Shown here: piece after piece, positions 59,744 to 64,000 of the stretch
How the letters are laid out: every line of letters starts with the position of its first letter
How positions within the stretch are numbered: position 1 is the first letter of the stretch
NCBI GenBank assembly: GCA_946060685.1
Contig: CAMGOT010000001.1
Span: forward strand, 62 to 64,061
DNA: 64,000 bases
Source: an uncultured Bacteroidales bacterium
GTDB lineage: Bacteria; Bacteroidota; Bacteroidia; Bacteroidales; Bacteroidaceae
Direction of reading: 5' to 3'
Program-made: the position numbers and the translations under genes
Notes under the pieces: model-generated
Database searches by the model: none
Told to the model about the DNA's origin: nothing
What the model saw: the letters and a program-made list of their open reading frames with translations, nothing else

Positions 59744-60904
59744 TTATGATGGGTTTGCCTGACAGATGTCTTTGTAAACCGTGAAAATACGTTCAGAGTT
59801 GATGGTAGAGGTGAAGTTTGCCATGGCGTGGCATTTTCCTTCATTGGCTATGCGCAGCAATGTTGCTCGGTCTGTGATAAGGCGGCGCAGGCACGCTGCC
59901 AACTCTTCGGGCTTTCCTAAAGGATAGAGAAGCCCGGTATGGCCATGGTCAATGAGTTCGGCATTTGCACCGGCATCCGTTGCTATTACTGCCACCTGCT
60001 GCATCTGAAATTCTACCGTGACGCGTCCGAAGGCCTCGCTGGTGGAGAGCATCAACCCCACGTCCATGCGGCGGAGCAGTTGAGGCACATCGAACCGAAC
60101 GCCTAAGAAGCTGACGCAGTCCTCCAGTTGGTGGGCCTTGATGAATGCCTGCATCCTGGCAAGATAGTGTTCATCTTTGGCCCGCCCGATGAGGTGGAGA
60201 TGAAAATCCTGCACGCCCTCTTCTTTCAGGATTGCGATGGCTTGCAGTGCTTCCATCTGGTTTTTGCCCGGCTCTATTCTGCCCACCATGCAAATGTTTA
60301 GTCTGCCCGGTTCGTGGACGGCATCCATGCCCTCGGCAGGCGGCAGAATGCCATTGTGGATGACTGTGATTTTCTTGCCGTCGATGACGCGCAGGAAGGC
60401 GCGTCTGATTACCTCGGAGATAGCGATGAAGCGTTCGCATTTGCCATAGACATAGCGTTCGTAGCCTTCGCCCAGGCAAGAAGTGAGCCCGAAGTCTTCT
60501 TTTCCAAATTCGCGCAGATGCCAGATGTGCGGGATGCCTTTCCAGCGCGATGCGTAGGCTCCCAAATCTGTCACGCTGGTATTGCTGTGTACGAGGTCGA
60601 ACTGCTCTTTGCGCAGTTTCCACAGTAAAGTCAGTACGGAAAAGCCGTGAACAACGATGAAGTATGCTTTCTCTATCCACGAGCAGCCTTCATGACGCTT
60701 GAAGTTCGACATCTTCAGGACAATGCAGGGGATGTGATTTTCTTGGCATTCCGTATAAAGCGTGCTGGCATCATTGAGATGAACACGCGGCATGACAACG
60801 AAAGGCTCTATTCCATGGTTGGCGCGCAGCTCCTTTATCAGTTGCAGCATACTGCGGCCTGCCCCCGACATATCTTGAGTTTGGGTGATATACAATACTT
60901 TCAT
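59744..60904 (-). CDS. GT4 glycosyltransferase
   Basis: HSNTS, WHLRE, GRIEPGKNQ, EAFGRVTVE. Confidence 0.9.
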   Translation of the reverse strand: MKVLYITQTQDMSGAGRSMLQLIKELRANHGIEPFVVMPRVHLNDASTLYTECQENHIPCIVLKMSNFKRHEGCSWIEKAYFIVVHGFSVLTLLWKLRKEQFDLVHSNTSVTDLGAYASRWKGIPHIWHLREFGKEDFGLTSCLGEGYERYVYGKCERFIAISEVIRRAFLRVIDGKKITVIHNGILPPAEGMDAVHEPGRLNICMVGRIEPGKNQMEALQAIAILKEEGVQDFHLHLIGRAKDEHYLARMQAFIKAHQLEDCVSFLGVRFDVPQLLRRMDVGLMLSTSEAFGRVTVEFQMQQVAVIATDAGANAELIDHGHTGLLYPLGKPEELAACLRRLITDRATLLRIANEGKCHAMANFTSTINSERIFTVYKDICQANPS

Positions 60905-61821
60905 GAGGGAAGAAAGGCTCCAGTTTGATGGATACAGATGTGGCGGTTGCGTTGTATCGTGCGCCATTGCCCTATAATTTTCAGGATGTGGCAGGCAGGG
61001 CGCAGTGAACGCTGGCGCACGATGGCCTTCAGCGTGTCGCCCAGACAGCGATACCAGGCGCGGCGCAACGAAAGAAAAGGATTGCTGAACAGTTTGAGCA
61101 GACCGATGTAGTGGAGATACAGCAGTTGCTGCTTCGATGCCTGACGATATTGGCGGTCGTGGATGGCTTTCGCCTTCATCACCACGCCCGTCCGCAATCC
61201 GTGGAATCGCGTGCGAGCCGTGTAGTCATCATCTTCGCCATAGTGCGGATAGGTGGGCGAGAAGAGTCCGACGGTTCGTATCGTAGAGACGGGCAGTAGC
61301 CAGTGGGCAGCCATGACGGTCTCTACGTCATAGACCTCTTCAAAGCTATCTGCTTCAAGGCTGTCAGGATTTTTGAATGGCTGCGTCGTGATGGCGTGCT
61401 GCAAACGAGGGTTCTGCGAGCAGGGCCCCTGGGCGAAGTTGCGGTCCAGCAGCCCGTCGGCCTGCAGTTGCGCCGGACTGAGAATCCCGAAGTCCGGGTG
61501 ATGCCGATGGCAGTCAATCAGCAGTCCCAGGGTGTCGGGCATAATCCAAGCATCCTCGTTCAGCAGATACACATAGTCGTAGCCATGCTGAAGGGCGTAA
61601 ATCATCCCCTGATTATTGGCACGTCCGAACCCTTCGTTGTGGGAATTTTGCACAAAGTATGCTTCCGGATAATGCTCCTGTATGAATTGCTGCGTGCCGT
61701 CGGTCGAACCGTTGTCGATGACGAACAAATCCGTCGCCACCTCCGAGTCGCGCAGACTTTGCAGACATTGCTGCGCCCAACGCATGCCATTGTAGGTCAC
61801 GATGATGGTCAGTACTTTCAT
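60901..61821 (-). CDS. GT2 glycosyltransferase
   Basis: IIVTYNG, IDNGSTDGT, GFGRANN, LLNED, HYGEDDD. Confidence 0.9.
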   Translation of the reverse strand: MKVLTIIVTYNGMRWAQQCLQSLRDSEVATDLFVIDNGSTDGTQQFIQEHYPEAYFVQNSHNEGFGRANNQGMIYALQHGYDYVYLLNEDAWIMPDTLGLLIDCHRHHPDFGILSPAQLQADGLLDRNFAQGPCSQNPRLQHAITTQPFKNPDSLEADSFEEVYDVETVMAAHWLLPVSTIRTVGLFSPTYPHYGEDDDYTARTRFHGLRTGVVMKAKAIHDRQYRQASKQQLLYLHYIGLLKLFSNPFLSLRRAWYRCLGDTLKAIVRQRSLRPACHILKIIGQWRTIQRNRHICIHQTGAFLPS

Positions 61822-61870
61822 TTTTCCTCTTTCTGAAAAGGATAATCTGTAAGGGTTTGCTGTTGCGCTT

Positions 61871-63157
61871 TCACCATTCCACTTCTACAGCAGCGGGAAA
61901 GAGGCGTAGAGGGTCGCCCCAAAGACGGGCGGCCTGGAGCATCGTTTCGCGCGAAATAGCGGCACGCCCCTGATAGAGCGTGCGGCCGTTGACGCTGATG
62001 GTCAGGGGTCGCGAAAGGTCGGCCAGTTCTTCAGAGAGAAAGATACGCAGGCGGCCATGCTCGGCCGGCGAATACCGGCGGGAGAAGAACATGTCGATGT
62101 CCCACATGGGGTCGGTGAAGGTGGTGGTGTATTCCACGCGGTCGACGCTGACATGGATATGATTGTCGGCATCGGCCCGGAATTCATAGGCCGTACGGTA
62201 GGCATCCGTCTCGGCAAGCACTTCAATATTATAGAATCCCTTGCGCTTTATGCCGTCGACCTCCATGTTTTCCCAAAGGAAATGTCGTGGCTGTGCATTC
62301 CGGCGATGGCGGCTCAGCCATGGAGTGGTGGGGGAATAGTCGATATGGTGTTCGCGGCCAGGGATGAGCCGTATGCTGTGGTGGTATTCCCCAGGGTATA
62401 GGCGTGCGATGCTGTCCAAGGCATCGGCAGTGCCCTGGGTGAACACATTGCGATAGAACATGGCATCCTGAGCTCCTGTAAGGAAATGGAAAGCCACGTG
62501 TCCCAGATTCTCCACCGGAGCGTTTTTCAGCGGCTCGCCACCCGCCATGGGTCCTGCCGCTGCCAGATAGTCGGCATAATAAGAGGCCAGACGCTGGCTG
62601 CCATACGCTCCCTCGGAAATGCCGAAGAGATACAGGCGGGAAGCATCGGTGGAGGGCTGTGCCAGCATCCATTTCAGCAGGCGGTCCCACACCCAGAGCT
62701 TTCCGCGTTGCCACCAGCGATAGTATTTTCCCTCGTTAGGGATTTGCGGAATGCAGTAGAATGCCGGAGCATCTTGGAAGGCCAGGGCAAGCTGCCATCC
62801 CGTCTGCCATTCCGCATCCCGCGGGCCGGAGCCATGCAGGTAGAGATAGCAGGGCCACCCTTCGGCAGGCTGTGTGCCCTTCGTGCCCGAACGGAAATTC
62901 ATGGTGGCCTGACTCTCTAAGGAGTCGGGGATTTCCCATGCTGTGACATTGCCTTCGCTCAGGGGCTGCATGCCCAGTGGGGGCAGGGGCTGGGAAGCCT
63001 GAAGTGATGCGCACCATTCCGCCCATACGGATTGGCGCATGGAGGCCAGCTGTCCTGAGCGGTCGGGATGGCGGTCGGCTGCAGAGGGCAGGGGAGAGAA
63101 GGAGAAGAGGAGGGAAAGAAAGAGGGTGGGAAAGAGGGAGAGAAAATGGGCATTCAT
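61871..63157 (-). CDS. exported alpha/beta-hydrolase (esterase-like)
   Basis: Signal peptide, YLHGSG, nucleophile elbow GISEG, distal His (GREHH). Confidence 0.7.
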   Translation of the reverse strand: MNAHFLSLFPTLFLSLLFSFSPLPSAADRHPDRSGQLASMRQSVWAEWCASLQASQPLPPLGMQPLSEGNVTAWEIPDSLESQATMNFRSGTKGTQPAEGWPCYLYLHGSGPRDAEWQTGWQLALAFQDAPAFYCIPQIPNEGKYYRWWQRGKLWVWDRLLKWMLAQPSTDASRLYLFGISEGAYGSQRLASYYADYLAAAGPMAGGEPLKNAPVENLGHVAFHFLTGAQDAMFYRNVFTQGTADALDSIARLYPGEYHHSIRLIPGREHHIDYSPTTPWLSRHRRNAQPRHFLWENMEVDGIKRKGFYNIEVLAETDAYRTAYEFRADADNHIHVSVDRVEYTTTFTDPMWDIDMFFSRRYSPAEHGRLRIFLSEELADLSRPLTISVNGRTLYQGRAAISRETMLQAARLWGDPLRLFPAAVEVEW

Positions 63158-63235
63158 GGGTGCAAGAGGGGGGGGAAGAAACGACGAATCGGGGGGGATG
63201 CAATGCGGGAGCCGACGACGGGAGCACACAGGGGC

Positions 63236-63826
63236 TCAGCACGTCATGCGGTGGAAATCATGGCCGAAGATGAATAGGCTGCCGTCGACGGAGAATCCGA
63301 TACGCTCGTAAAGACTGCGTGCCCGGAGGTTCTGAGGGTCGCATGCCAGGACTATGGTCAGTCCGCCAGCGTGTCCCTCGTTGATGGCGGCCCTCAGCAG
63401 TTTTCCAGCAATGCCGCATCCCCGGTATTCAGGCTTCACTGCCACGGAATCGATGTAGTATTCGCCCGCTTTTGCCTCATCCTCCATCTGACTGGTGTCA
63501 AAGGTGATGAGATGCTGCAGGGCAGCGAAAGTGCGCTGGCGAAGGGCAGGATAGTCGTGGCCGTCGTAGGCCACAATGCCTCCTGCAGGCTCCCCATTGA
63601 TTTCCGCAATCAGCGAGTGCTGCCAGGAATAGAGGGTGTCGGAGCGTCGGCACACCTCACGGAGGGCCTCGTCGGGCAAGGAGTGGGTGCCGGAATCGTT
63701 CCAAAGGTCAGCCCCCAAGGCCACAGCCACCACTTCGGCGATGAAACCGGCATCGTCGGCTGTGGCGGGCCGCAGGGTGAGGGATGCCTCCTGTAAGGAT
63801 GACGGATTATTTAGTTCCTTTTTCAT
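63236..63826 (-). CDS. GNAT family N-acetyltransferase
   Basis: YYIDSVAVKPEYRGCGIA, N..ARSLYERIGF. Confidence 0.9.
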   Translation of the reverse strand: MKKELNNPSSLQEASLTLRPATADDAGFIAEVVAVALGADLWNDSGTHSLPDEALREVCRRSDTLYSWQHSLIAEINGEPAGGIVAYDGHDYPALRQRTFAALQHLITFDTSQMEDEAKAGEYYIDSVAVKPEYRGCGIAGKLLRAAINEGHAGGLTIVLACDPQNLRARSLYERIGFSVDGSLFIFGHDFHRMTC

Positions 63827-64000
63827 GGATAAAAGCAAATTTTTCCCACATGAACGCCACTTTGTAGCGACTGAGACACCCTGTGGGGATATAGAGGTCG
63901 ACCATCGTGTACTGAAGGTTGGAGAAATTGTCGTAGCCCATGGCAGGTGGAGTCTCTGCCAGCAGTTCGATGCGCTCCATCTTGTCGCATTTGTCGAAGG
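63807..64000 (-). CDS. C-terminus of a BspA-type leucine-rich-repeat protein (partial)
   Basis: Hand translation: AFDKCDKMERIELLAETPPAMG..LYIPTGCLSRYKVAFMWEKFAFIHEKGTK*. Confidence 0.65.
   Translation of the reverse strand, partial: FDKCDKMERIELLAETPPAMGYDNFSNLQYTMVDLYIPTGCLSRYKVAFMWEKFAFIHEKGTK

Overview
Core-genome segment of a Bacteroidales bacterium, probably Prevotellaceae. This is supported by the ileS-dksA-lspA-DUF4296 operon, the dgt/dut-TPR-DUF4292-EnvC cluster, TAnnTTTG sigma-ABfr promoters and proteins with type IX secretion (T9SS) C-terminal domains. About 45 genes: translation, tRNA modification, nucleotide metabolism, envelope, host-glycan hydrolases (GH33 sialidase, GH20) and a lower-GC glycosyltransferase cluster at 55.5-61.8 kb. 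No rRNA, tRNA, CRISPR array or transposase gene was seen. Most notable: (1) six palindromes phased at ~42 bp directly upstream of a stand-alone DUF6261/HagB-like gene; (2) two related ~190-bp MITEs with terminal inverted repeats and 4-bp target duplications; (3) an in-frame QueA-NUDIX fusion behind a degenerate ThiE; (4) a DUF4374 remnant behind an intact promoter and a structured element; (5) an alginate-lyase gene broken by an in-frame stop; (6) heptamer repeat arrays. All family calls come from motif recognition by eye, with no database search.
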